This document shows, in pieces, positions 8,785-20,963 of a stretch of 64,000 nt of DNA. Source of the stretch: Sumerlaeia bacterium (lineage in GTDB: Bacteria; Sumerlaeota; Sumerlaeia; SLMS01; JAHLLQ01); assembly GCA_040219255.1 (NCBI GenBank), contig JAVJSW010000037.1, positions 188,422 to 252,421 of the forward strand. The letters are read 5' to 3'. How positions within the stretch are numbered: position 1 is the first letter of the stretch; each line of letters begins with the position of its first letter. The notes beneath the pieces are model-generated. The model worked only from the letters and a program-made list of their open reading frames with translations. It ran no database searches and was not told where the DNA came from. The position numbers and the translations under genes are program-made.

Positions 8785-9293
8785 CAGAGCTTGGTGCCTT
8801 CCGCATATCCCTTGGCGAGACCATGGCCGAAGTAGCAATACAATTCCCCTCGCCCGGGCACTGGGTCGTCGGTGGGGAAACGGATGCCCAGGCAGGCGGC
8901 TTTGTGGACTTTCAGGTCCGAGGCGTCGCCGGTCAGGGCCTCCATGGCCATCTGGCCCAGGAGGGGCTGATGGCCGACAGCGATGACGACCGGGTCTTCG
9001 ACTTTGACGCGGCGGTTGCGGATTTCGCTGAGCAGCGCCCGCAGCGAGCCATCGAAATCGAGCGCGTCGGTGATGGCGATTTCGGCCCGCTGGTTCAGAA
9101 GATCGGGGATGATTTCGGCGGTTTGCAGGGCCCGCTTGCGGGGGCTGGAGAAGAGCAGGTGGGGCGCCAACTGAAAGCGCGACAGCAGGCGCACGATGCT
9201 GCTGGCGCGGTCGCGTCCGTCCTGAGTCAAGGCGCGGTCCGCATCCGGTTCGCCGTCCTCAGCGATTCCGTGGCGCATCAGAATTAAGATCAT
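8784..9293 (-). CDS. sixA: Phosphohistidine phosphatase SixA
   Basis: LILMRHGIAE, DRALT..G, SSPRKRALQTAE and VGHQP. Confidence 0.9.
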   Translation of the reverse strand: MILILMRHGIAEDGEPDADRALTQDGRDRASSIVRLLSRFQLAPHLLFSSPRKRALQTAEIIPDLLNQRAEIAITDALDFDGSLRALLSEIRNRRVKVEDPVVIAVGHQPLLGQMAMEALTGDASDLKVHKAACLGIRFPTDDPVPGRGELYCYFGHGLAKGYAEGTKL

Positions 9294-9361
9294 AGCGGGG
9301 ATTTCCTTTCGAGATCGGTTGTTGCCATGTGAAACACCGACCATGCCAGGAGGGTCGGAAA

Positions 9362-9399
9362 CAAGAAAAGCCCCCCTCGTCTCGGGAGACGAGGGGGGC
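9362..9399 (-). terminator. Rho-independent terminator after ppdK
   Basis: 13-bp GC stem GCCCCCCTCGTCT/AGACGAGGGGGGC followed by TTTTCTTG on the minus strand. Confidence 0.85.
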
Positions 9400-9428
9400 A
9401 CTGTTACGGGGTCTGCCGGAGCCGGAGC

Positions 9429-12254
<2,826 letters not shown>

Positions 12255-12705
12255 TCGTTCCTCCTGGTCGAATACTGTGCCGGAACCCGGCAGAGATGAT
12301 GGAATCGGCCCGCTTCATCACACTTTTTCACAAGTGAAGCGGACCGCTGTGTGCCAAAATTTGATGACTGCGCAAAAGGAATGCACCGCTTTGCGAGCGC
12401 ATTCAAGGCCCATGCGCAAAGCGCTAGACTGTGCAACGGCGGGCCCGCGCGACGTCAACCCTTCTTGGAAGGGATGACACTTCTCTAACGGATTTGGAGC
12501 GGAAAGAATTTTATCGCCCTTCCGCCTCCGCGCTCGCAAGTCCTCTTTGGCGCGCCCTTTCCGATTGCGGAGCATCGCCGACCCGCGCGAAGTGGAACAC
12601 TGGCTGGCACAGGACTTTCTTTCACCCTGGGCATGTCCCCGGGGGAGAGGCTTTCCGATTCCCGAACACCCGGCCGAAACGGTAACTCGATAAGGTTCCT
12701 CATTC

Positions 12706-13719
12706 GTGAAATCAAACGATGCCCCAGTCGCGCCGCCGGAGCTTGCCGGCTACTCGATCGTCCGGCTCGCCGGAACGGGAGGAATGGGCTACGTCTACGA
12801 AGCCCGTCAGGAATCCCTCGACCGCCGCGTCGCGATCAAAATGATTCGCTGCGACCGGCTGGGGAAAAACCGCCTCGCTTTGGAGGCTTTGCTCTCCGAG
12901 GCGAAAGCCCTCGCCCGCGCCAGCGCCCACCCCAACGTCGCCCAGATTCACGACATCGTCCGCGACGCCCACGGCCGCTCCTGCATCGTCATGGAGTATC
13001 TGGAGGGATTGACGGTGGACGTGATGATGCGCCACCGGCACGAATTCACCCTCAAGGAAAGCGTGCGCATCGCGCGCGACGTGGCCCGCGCCGTGGCGTA
13101 CACGCACGCCAAAGGCATCGTCCATCGCGATATCAAGCCGGCCAATGTCATGCTCCGGAGCGACGGCCTGGTGAAGCTGCTCGATTTTGGCGTCGCGAGG
13201 CCGGTGGATCAACTTCGCGATTCGGAGGAGATCGCCGGCACGTTGCTCTTCATGGCGCCGGAGATGGCTAGGGGCGAGACCTCGGGCGATTTCGCCAGCG
13301 ATATTTTCTCCCTTAGCGTGCTGCTTTTCGCCATGGCTACCAAGCGCCTGCCTTTTGTGAAGCCCATGGATTACGACCTGGTGGGGCCGCCGCGGGCGCT
13401 CAATACGGAAATCCCGGAAAGGCTCGAAAGCACGCTTCTGCGCGGATTGGACCCCGAGCCTCGGCGCCGCATCGCCACCGCGGAAAAGCTGGCGGACGAA
13501 CTCGACCTCTTCCTGGATCAATACAACTCGGCGGACACGCTGCTGCTCTGCGTCGAGGACAGCGCCGAGGAGGCTTGTCTTCCCAATTTCGCCGGCATCG
13601 AGCGGGTCAAGCTGTCCGAAGCGCTTGGGATCTCCGTGGACCCGGCGATGTTCGCGCAAGTGGGTGAAACGGAATATCAACCGCTCGGTGGCCCTCGCGC
13701 CGCCCATCCTTCGCTTTAG
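12706..13719 (+). CDS. Hanks-type Ser/Thr protein kinase, soluble
   Basis: AGTGGMGYVY, VAIKM, HPNV, HRDIKPANVM, DFG, GTLLFMAPE and DIFSL; no transmembrane segment. Confidence 0.92.
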   Translation: MKSNDAPVAPPELAGYSIVRLAGTGGMGYVYEARQESLDRRVAIKMIRCDRLGKNRLALEALLSEAKALARASAHPNVAQIHDIVRDAHGRSCIVMEYLEGLTVDVMMRHRHEFTLKESVRIARDVARAVAYTHAKGIVHRDIKPANVMLRSDGLVKLLDFGVARPVDQLRDSEEIAGTLLFMAPEMARGETSGDFASDIFSLSVLLFAMATKRLPFVKPMDYDLVGPPRALNTEIPERLESTLLRGLDPEPRRRIATAEKLADELDLFLDQYNSADTLLLCVEDSAEEACLPNFAGIERVKLSEALGISVDPAMFAQVGETEYQPLGGPRAAHPSL

Positions 13720-13808
13720 GACTCTGATCCTCCATGAAGTGGCCTTGACCCCATGGGGGGGGTGGTCTGCTTGAATCCCGCACGGATTCTTGCCGGAAGG
13801 ACGGATTC

Positions 13809-14894
13809 ATGGCGGGACCCTACCGCGCGCTGGCACTTCTCGACCGCGACGGCACCCTGATCGAAGAACGGCATTACCTGAGCGACCCTACCGAGGTGGT
13901 CCTGCTGCCCCGGGCGGCGCGGGCGATTCGCTTGCTCCACGAGCAAGGCATCGCGGCCGTCGTTTGCACAAACCAGTCGGGCGTCGCCCGAGGCTATTTC
14001 AGTGAAGCCGACGTCGAAGCGGTTCATCGCCGGATGGAAGAACTCCTGGCGGGCGAAGGGGCGCGGCTGGACGCGATTCTTACCTGCCCGGCCCATGAAG
14101 ATGCCGTGGAAGCCCGCTTCCGGGAAGGGCTCGACCGGCGCAAGCCGGCTCCCGGAATGGCGCGCGAGGCCCAGGCGTTGCTTGGCCTGGAGGACGCCCC
14201 CGTCTTTGCCATCGGCGACAAGCTCATCGACGGGGAATTCGGCCGCGCGGCGGGGGGTGAGGGCCTGCTTGTCCGCACCGGCCACGGCGCCCGCCTCACC
14301 GCCTCTGAGATCGGCGGCTGGCCGGTCTTTGCCGACGTGTACGATGCCGTGAGCGCGGTCGTGAACGCCCTCATCTTGAAGACCTTTCCCGAGGATGCCG
14401 TCCTGGCGCGCAAGCTCAGGACGCCGGGCCAGCTCAGGGGAGTCGCCGAGGGCCTGCGGAGCGCGGGCAAGACCTCGGTTCTCGCCAACGGCTGCTTCGA
14501 TATCCTCCACGGCGGTCACATCAGCTTTCTGGAAAGCGCGAAGGATCAAGCCGATGCGCTGATTCTGGCGGTGAACTCGAACGCTTCGATCGGACGGCTC
14601 AAGGGGGAGGGCCGGCCACTGCTTGCGGAACCGGAGCGGCTCCAACTGCTCGCGGCGCTCGAAGCGGTCGATTACCTGACCGTGTTCCATCCCGATTCGG
14701 CGGACGAAGCGTTGGAAGAAATCCTCCCTGATTTTCACGCCAAAGGAACGGATTATCGCAGCGATAACGTTCCCGAACTCAGGACTTCGCGGCGATTGGG
14801 CATCGGCACCATCATCGCGGGGGCGCCCAAGGAGAACAGTACCCGCGACGTCATTGAAGTCGTGGCCGAGCGAAGCCGGGCCGGCGTCCTCTAG
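13809..14894 (+). CDS. Fusion of D,D-heptose-1,7-bisphosphate phosphatase (GmhB) and heptose-1-phosphate adenylyltransferase (HldC/RfaE domain II)
   Basis: N-terminal LDRDGTL..TNQSGVARG..RKPAPGM..IGDK; C-terminal ANGCFDILHGGH..AVNSNAS..LKGEGRP..KGTDY..ST. Confidence 0.88.
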   Translation: MAGPYRALALLDRDGTLIEERHYLSDPTEVVLLPRAARAIRLLHEQGIAAVVCTNQSGVARGYFSEADVEAVHRRMEELLAGEGARLDAILTCPAHEDAVEARFREGLDRRKPAPGMAREAQALLGLEDAPVFAIGDKLIDGEFGRAAGGEGLLVRTGHGARLTASEIGGWPVFADVYDAVSAVVNALILKTFPEDAVLARKLRTPGQLRGVAEGLRSAGKTSVLANGCFDILHGGHISFLESAKDQADALILAVNSNASIGRLKGEGRPLLAEPERLQLLAALEAVDYLTVFHPDSADEALEEILPDFHAKGTDYRSDNVPELRTSRRLGIGTIIAGAPKENSTRDVIEVVAERSRAGVL

Positions 14895-14933
14895 GACAAG
14901 GGCCGCACCATTGCATATTCGACTGGATCTTTC

Positions 14934-16418
14934 ATGCCTACAGTAGATCAACCGACCGCCTGGACCAGAAAGCCCTGCACGAAGGTCGTGGCCACCGTCG
15001 GACCCGCCTGCTCCAGCGCCCAGATGCTGGCCCGCCTTGTCCTGGCCGGGGCCAGCGTGTTCCGCCTCAACTTCTCGCATGGCGACCACGAAGACAAAGC
15101 GGAGGTCATTGCACGCATTCGCCAGGTGGCGAAAGACATCGGCCGCCCCTTGGGCATCCTGGCGGACCTCTCCGGTCCGAAATTGCGCATGGGCCTGATT
15201 CCGGGCGGCGAGGTCGTCCTCCAGCCCGAGCAAGTCATCTGTCTCTCCTCTGAAGCCAAAGACAACGAGGCCGAACCCTACCGGGTGAACGTGGAAAATT
15301 TCCACGCGTTGATGCACGAAGGCATGCAGGTGCTCCTGGATGACGGCATGGTGAAGCTGGAGATCGAGCGGATCGAGGGAGCGAACGTTTACTGCAAGGT
15401 CCTCAACCACACGGAGTGTGTGCTCAAGTCGCGCAAGGGCGTGAACCTGCCGGGCGCTTACCTGCCTATTCCCGCTCTGACCGAGAAGGACCGGGCGGAC
15501 TTGAAGTTCGCCCTCGAGCAGAACGTCGACATGATCGCCCTCAGCTTCGTCCGCAATCCCAAGGACCTGGACGACGCCCGCGAGGCGATGCGGGGTTTCG
15601 GCAAGATGCTGCCCCTGATCGCCAAGATCGAAAAATCGGAAGCAGTCGATGAACTCGAGGCCATCATCGACCGTTGCGACGGCGCCATGGTGGCGCGCGG
15701 AGACCTCGGCGTGGAAATTCCCATCCACATGGTCCCCAAGATCCAGCGCCGCATCATCGCCATGTGCAACAAGGTCGCCAAGCCGGTCATCACAGCGACC
15801 CAGATGCTCAACAGCATGATCGAGAACCCGGTGCCGACGCGGGCCGAGGTGACCGACATCTACAACGCCATCCTCGACGGAACGGACGCGGTGATGCTCT
15901 CGGGCGAGACCGCGACGGGCAGCTATCCGCTGCAATGCGTGGAAGTGATGCACGCGGTGGCGCGTCAGGCCGAGGAGGACCTGCTCGCCAATCGCGACCG
16001 CGCCGTGGCCGCGACCGAGCACTCGACCAACATCCCCATCGCCGACGCGGTCAGCCTGGCGGCGGTCAATATCGCCCGCACGATCAAGGCCGACGTTATC
16101 ATCTGTCCGACGTTCTCTGGCACGACGGCGCGGCGCATTTCGAGCTTCCGCCCCCCCTGCCGGGTCATCGCGACCTCGACCGAGGAACCGACCGTCGACT
16201 TCCTGAGCCTGTCCTGGGGCGTCCACCCGCGCATCATGGATCAGTTGTGGGGCACCGTGATGGAACTGGGCGAGAGCGACGCCATTCTCCACGCCTCGGT
16301 CCGGTGCGCCAAGCGCGCCGGTCTGGTGCGTCCCGGGATGCTGGCGGTGATCGTGGCCGGATTGCCGCTCCAGGTGGCGGGCAAGACCAACTTCCTGCGC
16401 GTCATGGAAATCGATTGA
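14934..16418 (+). CDS. pyk: Pyruvate kinase
   Basis: TKVVATVGPA, FRLNFSHG, DLSGPKLR, IAKIEK, MVARGDLGVE and VMLSGETATG. Confidence 0.97.
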   Translation: MPTVDQPTAWTRKPCTKVVATVGPACSSAQMLARLVLAGASVFRLNFSHGDHEDKAEVIARIRQVAKDIGRPLGILADLSGPKLRMGLIPGGEVVLQPEQVICLSSEAKDNEAEPYRVNVENFHALMHEGMQVLLDDGMVKLEIERIEGANVYCKVLNHTECVLKSRKGVNLPGAYLPIPALTEKDRADLKFALEQNVDMIALSFVRNPKDLDDAREAMRGFGKMLPLIAKIEKSEAVDELEAIIDRCDGAMVARGDLGVEIPIHMVPKIQRRIIAMCNKVAKPVITATQMLNSMIENPVPTRAEVTDIYNAILDGTDAVMLSGETATGSYPLQCVEVMHAVARQAEEDLLANRDRAVAATEHSTNIPIADAVSLAAVNIARTIKADVIICPTFSGTTARRISSFRPPCRVIATSTEEPTVDFLSLSWGVHPRIMDQLWGTVMELGESDAILHASVRCAKRAGLVRPGMLAVIVAGLPLQVAGKTNFLRVMEID

Positions 16419-17056
16419 GCCGCCAAGGCGCGCCCGTCGCCGCGGCCATTCTGGCGGCGGGGGAGTCCCGGCGCATGGGCCGGCCGAAGCCGTTCCTGCC
16501 GCTGGGCGACAGTTCGTTTCTGGAGACGATCCTCTCGCGCCTCGGCGAGGCGGGCCTCGATCACTGTATCGTCATCGCAAATCCTGAACAGGCAGAGCTG
16601 TACGCGAACCGGGAACTGGCTGGCGCCCGGGTGATCTACAACCCGGCGGTGCAGCTCGGACAGTTCGAGTCCATGCGCCTCGCGGTGCGCCACGCGCCCC
16701 CCCATTGCCAGTGGCTGCTCCTGACGCCGGTGGACATTCCGGCGATTTCCGCCGCGAGTTACCGCGTCGTCGCCGAGGCGTGCCAGTCCGCCCCGGCGGA
16801 TGCCATCGCGGTTGCCGCGTTCCGGGGAGAGTGGGGCCATCCCTTGGCCCTGCCGCGCGGTCTTTTTCGGACATTCCTCGATTGGGACGGCCCCATGGGG
16901 GCGCGCGGTTTTCTGGAGCGCCACGCCTCGCGGGTGTCGCCGGTCGAGACGGGGGACCGGGCGATCCTGCGGGACGCGGACACGCCGGAGGAATATGACC
17001 GGCTCGTGAGGAATTTTCCGACTCCTTGCTTGCCGCCAGAAACGGACTTGTCCTAG
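16415..17056 (+). CDS. MobA/MocA-like nucleotidyltransferase
   Basis: ILAAGESRRMGRPKPFL, PVDIP, GHP and GARGFL..DADTPEEY; TTG start overlapping the pyk stop (3' part of track ORF 15674-17056). Confidence 0.85.
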   Translation: MSRQGAPVAAAILAAGESRRMGRPKPFLPLGDSSFLETILSRLGEAGLDHCIVIANPEQAELYANRELAGARVIYNPAVQLGQFESMRLAVRHAPPHCQWLLLTPVDIPAISAASYRVVAEACQSAPADAIAVAAFRGEWGHPLALPRGLFRTFLDWDGPMGARGFLERHASRVSPVETGDRAILRDADTPEEYDRLVRNFPTPCLPPETDLS

Positions 17057-17142
17057 AGGATATCTCCGTTGGCAGGCGGTTGACCCCGCCGAGCGGGACG
17101 CGCCCGCACCACGTTACGCTTCGAGAAAGGTTTGGACCGCTC

Positions 17143-17301
17143 ATGCAGACTCCGGAAGAACTGCTGAAACAGCTCGCCGACCTCATTCAAGAGAAGGATG
17201 AGGTGATCGAGGAGCAGATGCGCCAGATCCTGGACCTTGAAGACCGGGCGGCGGTGATGGAAGAAGAACTCAAGCGGCTGCGCCAGCAGGCCGGCAAATG
17301 A
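17143..17301 (+). CDS. Small coiled-coil protein (52 aa)
   Basis: MQTPEELLKQLADLIQEKDEVIEEQMRQILDLEDRAAVMEEELKRLRQQAGK shows a heptad pattern; GAAAGG lies upstream. Confidence 0.65.
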   Translation: MQTPEELLKQLADLIQEKDEVIEEQMRQILDLEDRAAVMEEELKRLRQQAGK

Positions 17302-17345
17302 GTGGATTGACAGGTTGGCGTCGATTGGTTCGCCGGAAGGATAGC

Positions 17346-17918
17346 ATGAGCGGGAATCGGTTTTTCACGGGTGGCCTTCTGTTGGCCGCTCTCATCGCGT
17401 TTTTAGGGGCCGGTTGCGGCAAGAAGAAGCTGGAACCGGACATCGATTTTTCCATCAATGTGATGCCCGTGCCGCAATGGTGGCCGCGGGAGGACAAGGA
17501 CTGGCCGGAAATCCCCGCCGCCCGCGAAGCCCAGCAGCAAGTCTGGGCCGAACGCGGCACCCCCGATTACTTCCGCATCGTCTACACCGCCGACCGGCGC
17601 ATCGTGCGCCAGCCCGAGCTGGGCACCGGCCGCATGGCCGGCAAGAAGGATCAGGTCGAGCTGGAGTGGATTTACTTCGAGGACGGCGAAGTCATCTCCT
17701 TCGCCGGACCGAAGGTCAAGGAGCGCGACATCGACGACCAGCTCCGCACCGTCTGCAAGTACGGCGACCCCAGCGAAATCAAGACATGGCCCGAAGTTGG
17801 CGTCGAACGCAGCAGCTTCACCTACTACGACCACGGAAAGACCTTCTATTTCGTGGACGGCGCGCTGACGGACACTTACGAGTTCAAGCCGATGGCGGGC
17901 TTTGGCCCCGAGTTCTAA
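17346..17918 (+). CDS. Lipoprotein of unknown function
   Basis: Signal peptide ending in lipobox-like LGAGC; GC-rich third codon positions typical of the genome. Confidence 0.75.
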   Translation: MSGNRFFTGGLLLAALIAFLGAGCGKKKLEPDIDFSINVMPVPQWWPREDKDWPEIPAAREAQQQVWAERGTPDYFRIVYTADRRIVRQPELGTGRMAGKKDQVELEWIYFEDGEVISFAGPKVKERDIDDQLRTVCKYGDPSEIKTWPEVGVERSSFTYYDHGKTFYFVDGALTDTYEFKPMAGFGPEF

Positions 17919-17994
17919 AGTTCGCCGGCCCTGGCTGCCCCCCTCAACTCTCCCCCTCACCTCCCGATTTTCTCTCAAAGATTGGATTCGCCCC

Positions 17995-18570
17995 ATGACC
18001 GAATCGACCACCGGCACGTTGACAAACCCATTGCATGCAAATTTGTGCGATATTCTTTTCACGGAAGAGGAAATCGCGCGGCGCACCTCGGAATTGGGGC
18101 TCCAGATTTCCAAGGACTATGAGGGCAAGAACCTGGTGCTCGTGGGCATTTTGCGCGGCGCCTTGATTTTTCTGTCCGATCTGTCCCGTTCCATCACCGT
18201 GCCTCATTCCTGGGACATGGTGGGGGCTTCCTCGTACCACGGCGGCACCGGGTCTTCGGGCCGGGTGCAGATCACCAAGGATGTGGAAGTGGATCTGCGC
18301 GACAAGCACGTCCTGGTGGTGGAGGACATTTACGATTCGGGGCGGACGCTGTCGGCGATCTGCGATTTGCTGATGGTGCACCGGCCGCTGTCGGTCAAGG
18401 TTTGCACGCTGCTTTACAAGGAGAAGCCGGAACGGGCGGCGAAGACGCCGATCGATTACTTCGGCTTCCGGATCAAGGACAAGTTCGTGGTGGGCTACGG
18501 CCTGGATTACGAGGAAATGTACCGAAATCTGAGGATGATCGGCGTTCTGGACCCGAGCATCTACAGCTAA
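17995..18570 (+). CDS. hpt: Hypoxanthine phosphoribosyltransferase
   Basis: VGILRGA, SSY, VLVVEDIYDSGRTL and FVVGYGLDY. Confidence 0.95.
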   Translation: MTESTTGTLTNPLHANLCDILFTEEEIARRTSELGLQISKDYEGKNLVLVGILRGALIFLSDLSRSITVPHSWDMVGASSYHGGTGSSGRVQITKDVEVDLRDKHVLVVEDIYDSGRTLSAICDLLMVHRPLSVKVCTLLYKEKPERAAKTPIDYFGFRIKDKFVVGYGLDYEEMYRNLRMIGVLDPSIYS

Positions 18571-18644
18571 TCGAACTTTTCCCGAACATCGGGCACTTTT
18601 CCGTTGATCTGGGCGGAGGTGTTTGGCTTAGTTCGGCGCCCTTC

Positions 18645-18708
18645 GCGCGTGGTAAGTTGTGGGCACGCGCAGGAAAGTGGCAGGCCCGACGACCTGGTCC
18701 AGCTTTCC
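18645..18708 (+). promoter_or_regulatory. Structured 5' leader of rplS (candidate autoregulatory leader)
   Basis: Stem GCGCGTG/CACGCGC, then nested stems GGAAAG/CTTTCC, TGG/CCA and CAGG/CCTG just upstream of the AAGGAG RBS. Confidence 0.4.
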
Positions 18709-18738
18709 CTTCTCTGGTTTTTTCTAAGGAGTCGTCCA

Positions 18739-19221
18739 ATGAATCCCGTTATTCAGGAAGTTGAAGCTTCCCAGCTTAAGCAAGATATTCCGTTCTTTCG
18801 CCCCGGTGACACGGTCCGCGTGATGGTTCGGATTGTGGAAGGCAACAAGGAGCGCGTGCAGCCCTTCGAGGGTGTCGTGATCCGCCGCAAAGGCAGTGGC
18901 ATCCGCGAGACCTTCACGGTCCGCCGCGTGTCTTTCAACGTCGGCATGGAGCGCATTTTCCCGCTCCACAGTCCGCGCATCGAATCGATCAAGGTTCTCA
19001 CCCGCAGCAAGGTGCGCCGCGCCAAGCTGTATTACCTGCGCAGCCGCCGCGGCAAGAGCGCCCGTCTTGAAGAGCGCCGTATCGGAGCCGACAAGCTGGC
19101 CCGCGAAGCCTCGGTCAAGCAGACCAAGATCGAAAACCAGATCGCGCTGGCCAAGGCCAGCGAGTCCGCCACCGCTTCCCAAGCCCCCTCGGAAGAACCC
19201 TCCTCCCAAGGCGCTGAGTAG
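18739..19221 (+). CDS. rplS: 50S ribosomal protein L19 with C-terminal extension
   Basis: [53 protein letters not shown]; AAGGAG RBS. Confidence 0.97.
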   Translation: MNPVIQEVEASQLKQDIPFFRPGDTVRVMVRIVEGNKERVQPFEGVVIRRKGSGIRETFTVRRVSFNVGMERIFPLHSPRIESIKVLTRSKVRRAKLYYLRSRRGKSARLEERRIGADKLAREASVKQTKIENQIALAKASESATASQAPSEEPSSQGAE

Positions 19222-19230
19222 TTCCTGGCG

Positions 19231-19300
19231 AAGAGGGATCGGGTCCGCCCGGTTCCTCTTTCCTCTCTTTGCCCCGGAGCCCGCGCTTCGGGGCTTTTTT
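19231..19300 (+). terminator. Tandem terminator hairpins after rplS
   Basis: AAGAGGGATCGGG..CCCGGTTCCTCTT, then GCCCCGGAGC-CCGC-GCTTCGGGGC followed by TTTTTT. Confidence 0.8.
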
Positions 19301-19338
19301 CGCTTTTTATCCCATACCTTCTTTGGAAAGTGCAACCC

Positions 19339-20364
19339 ATGCGCCACACCATCCGTCCCCTCGATCTGAAGCTGCGCCATCCCTTCGGCATCTCCCGCGG
19401 AACCTCCACCGAAGTTCCCGTCTTCCTGCTTGAACTGGAGGGCGGTGGCCTGGGCGAAGGCTCGGCGGTGCGTTACAAAGGCGAGAATATCGAGGAGTCG
19501 CGAGCCAAGGCGTCTCAACTGGCGGAAAGCCTGAGCGAGCAGGAACTCTTCGACCTTCAGCATGTGATGCGGCGAGCGAAGGACATGACGCCAAAGAACA
19601 GCGCGGCCCGTACCGCCTTCGATCTGGCCATCCACGACCGCATCGGCAAGCAACTCGGCATCCCGCTCTACAAGCTGTTCGGCCTGCCGCCCGCCCGTGG
19701 CGCGGCCTCCTCGATCACCATCGGTCTGGACACGGACGAGAAGATGGCGGAGAAGGCGCGTGAGCAGGCGCACGTGCCGATCCTGAAGGTGAAGCTGGGG
19801 CGTGACGACGCGGACCGCGACATCGCGACGCTCAAGGCCGTTCGCGAGGCGGCGCCGAACGTGAAGAATCTGTCGGTGGACGCCAACGCCGGCTGGTCGC
19901 TGGACACGGCGATCCAGTGCGCCAAGGCCTTCGCCGACATGGGCGTGAGCTTCCTTGAGCAGCCCCTCGCCATCGGCAACCTAGAGGAACTCGGCAAGTT
20001 GAAGCGGCAGAGCCCGCTGCCGATCATCGCCGACGAAGACGCGCAGGATTCGGCGTCGCTGCCGGCGCTGCTGGGCAAAGTCGACGGTATCAACATTAAG
20101 CTGATGAAGTGCGGCGGGCTCTGGGACGCGCGGAAAATGATCGCCTTCGCCGAAGCGGTGGGCTGGCGGATCATGCTGGGCTGCATGATCGAAACGGGCG
20201 TGGGGATCGCGGCGGCGTCGCACCTGGCCGGGGCGGCGGAGGTTTATGACCTGGACTCGGAGCTGTTGATCGCAAACAATCCGATCGCTCCGAGCGTCTT
20301 GAATAGCGACGGTCTGCTGACCACGCCGGATGGCCCGGGCCTGGGGGTTGGCATCGCGGGATAG
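19339..20364 (+). CDS. Dipeptide (L-Ala-D/L-Glu) epimerase, enolase superfamily
   Basis: PFGISRG, KVKLG, VDANAGW, EQP, ADE, NIKLMKCGG, GCMIE and DLD. Confidence 0.9.
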   Translation: MRHTIRPLDLKLRHPFGISRGTSTEVPVFLLELEGGGLGEGSAVRYKGENIEESRAKASQLAESLSEQELFDLQHVMRRAKDMTPKNSAARTAFDLAIHDRIGKQLGIPLYKLFGLPPARGAASSITIGLDTDEKMAEKAREQAHVPILKVKLGRDDADRDIATLKAVREAAPNVKNLSVDANAGWSLDTAIQCAKAFADMGVSFLEQPLAIGNLEELGKLKRQSPLPIIADEDAQDSASLPALLGKVDGINIKLMKCGGLWDARKMIAFAEAVGWRIMLGCMIETGVGIAAASHLAGAAEVYDLDSELLIANNPIAPSVLNSDGLLTTPDGPGLGVGIAG

Positions 20365-20383
20365 GGGCGTCGCGGCGTTTCCG

Positions 20384-20413
20384 TTGACACGCCCGGCGCG
20401 GCGTTCCTAGCGT
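20384..20413 (+). promoter_or_regulatory. Sigma70-type promoter candidate for yajC
   Basis: TTGACA-N18-TAGCGT. Confidence 0.45.
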
Positions 20414-20453
20414 TCCCCGCTCTAAGTCGGCCAAGGTTTTTTCGGCCTCGGCC

Positions 20454-20948
20454 ATGGGTAGTGGCCGCGTGCCCCGCTCATCTCAAGCTAACACGTTGGA
20501 TTTCAAGACTTTGGATTTTTCTTTCATTCTCGCACAAGCCGCTGCCGCTCCTTCCGGAGCGGGTGGGGGCGATTTCGCACAGATGCTCTTCTTCCTCGCC
20601 ATGATGGGTGTGCTGGGCTATTTTATGCTCTACCGCCCGATGCAGAAGGAAAAAAAGCAGCGCCAGGAACTGATCGAGAGCCTTGGCAAAGGCGACAAGG
20701 TGGTGACGGCGGGTGGCATTCACGGCGTGATTGTGGAAACCGGCAAGAAAGACACGGCGGTGGTCGAGATCGCGAAGAACACGCGCATCACGATCAACAA
20801 GGGGTCCCTGTCGGTGGTAAATCCGAAGGGCGCTGGCGGCTCGAAGCCGGATGCCAAGGATAAGGACAGCTCGAAGGATCACACCAAGGAGCCTGCCGAG
20901 GACTCCAAACCGGCGTCCGGCGCCAAGAAGAAAGCAGCGGCGAGCTAA
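20454..20948 (+). CDS. yajC: Preprotein translocase subunit YajC (start uncertain)
   Basis: TM segment then YFMLYRPMQK..LGKGDKVVTAGGIHG; charged C-terminal tail. Confidence 0.92.
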   Translation: MGSGRVPRSSQANTLDFKTLDFSFILAQAAAAPSGAGGGDFAQMLFFLAMMGVLGYFMLYRPMQKEKKQRQELIESLGKGDKVVTAGGIHGVIVETGKKDTAVVEIAKNTRITINKGSLSVVNPKGAGGSKPDAKDKDSSKDHTKEPAEDSKPASGAKKKAAAS

Positions 20949-20963
20949 CGCCGCCCGGAGCCC

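Noticed and set aside
12255-12705. Possible sigma54 promoter or ncRNA in the ppdK/kinase intergenic region
   Set aside because: TGGCAC occurrences lack the TTGC -12 element at the right spacing, and I recognised no convincing RNA structure.
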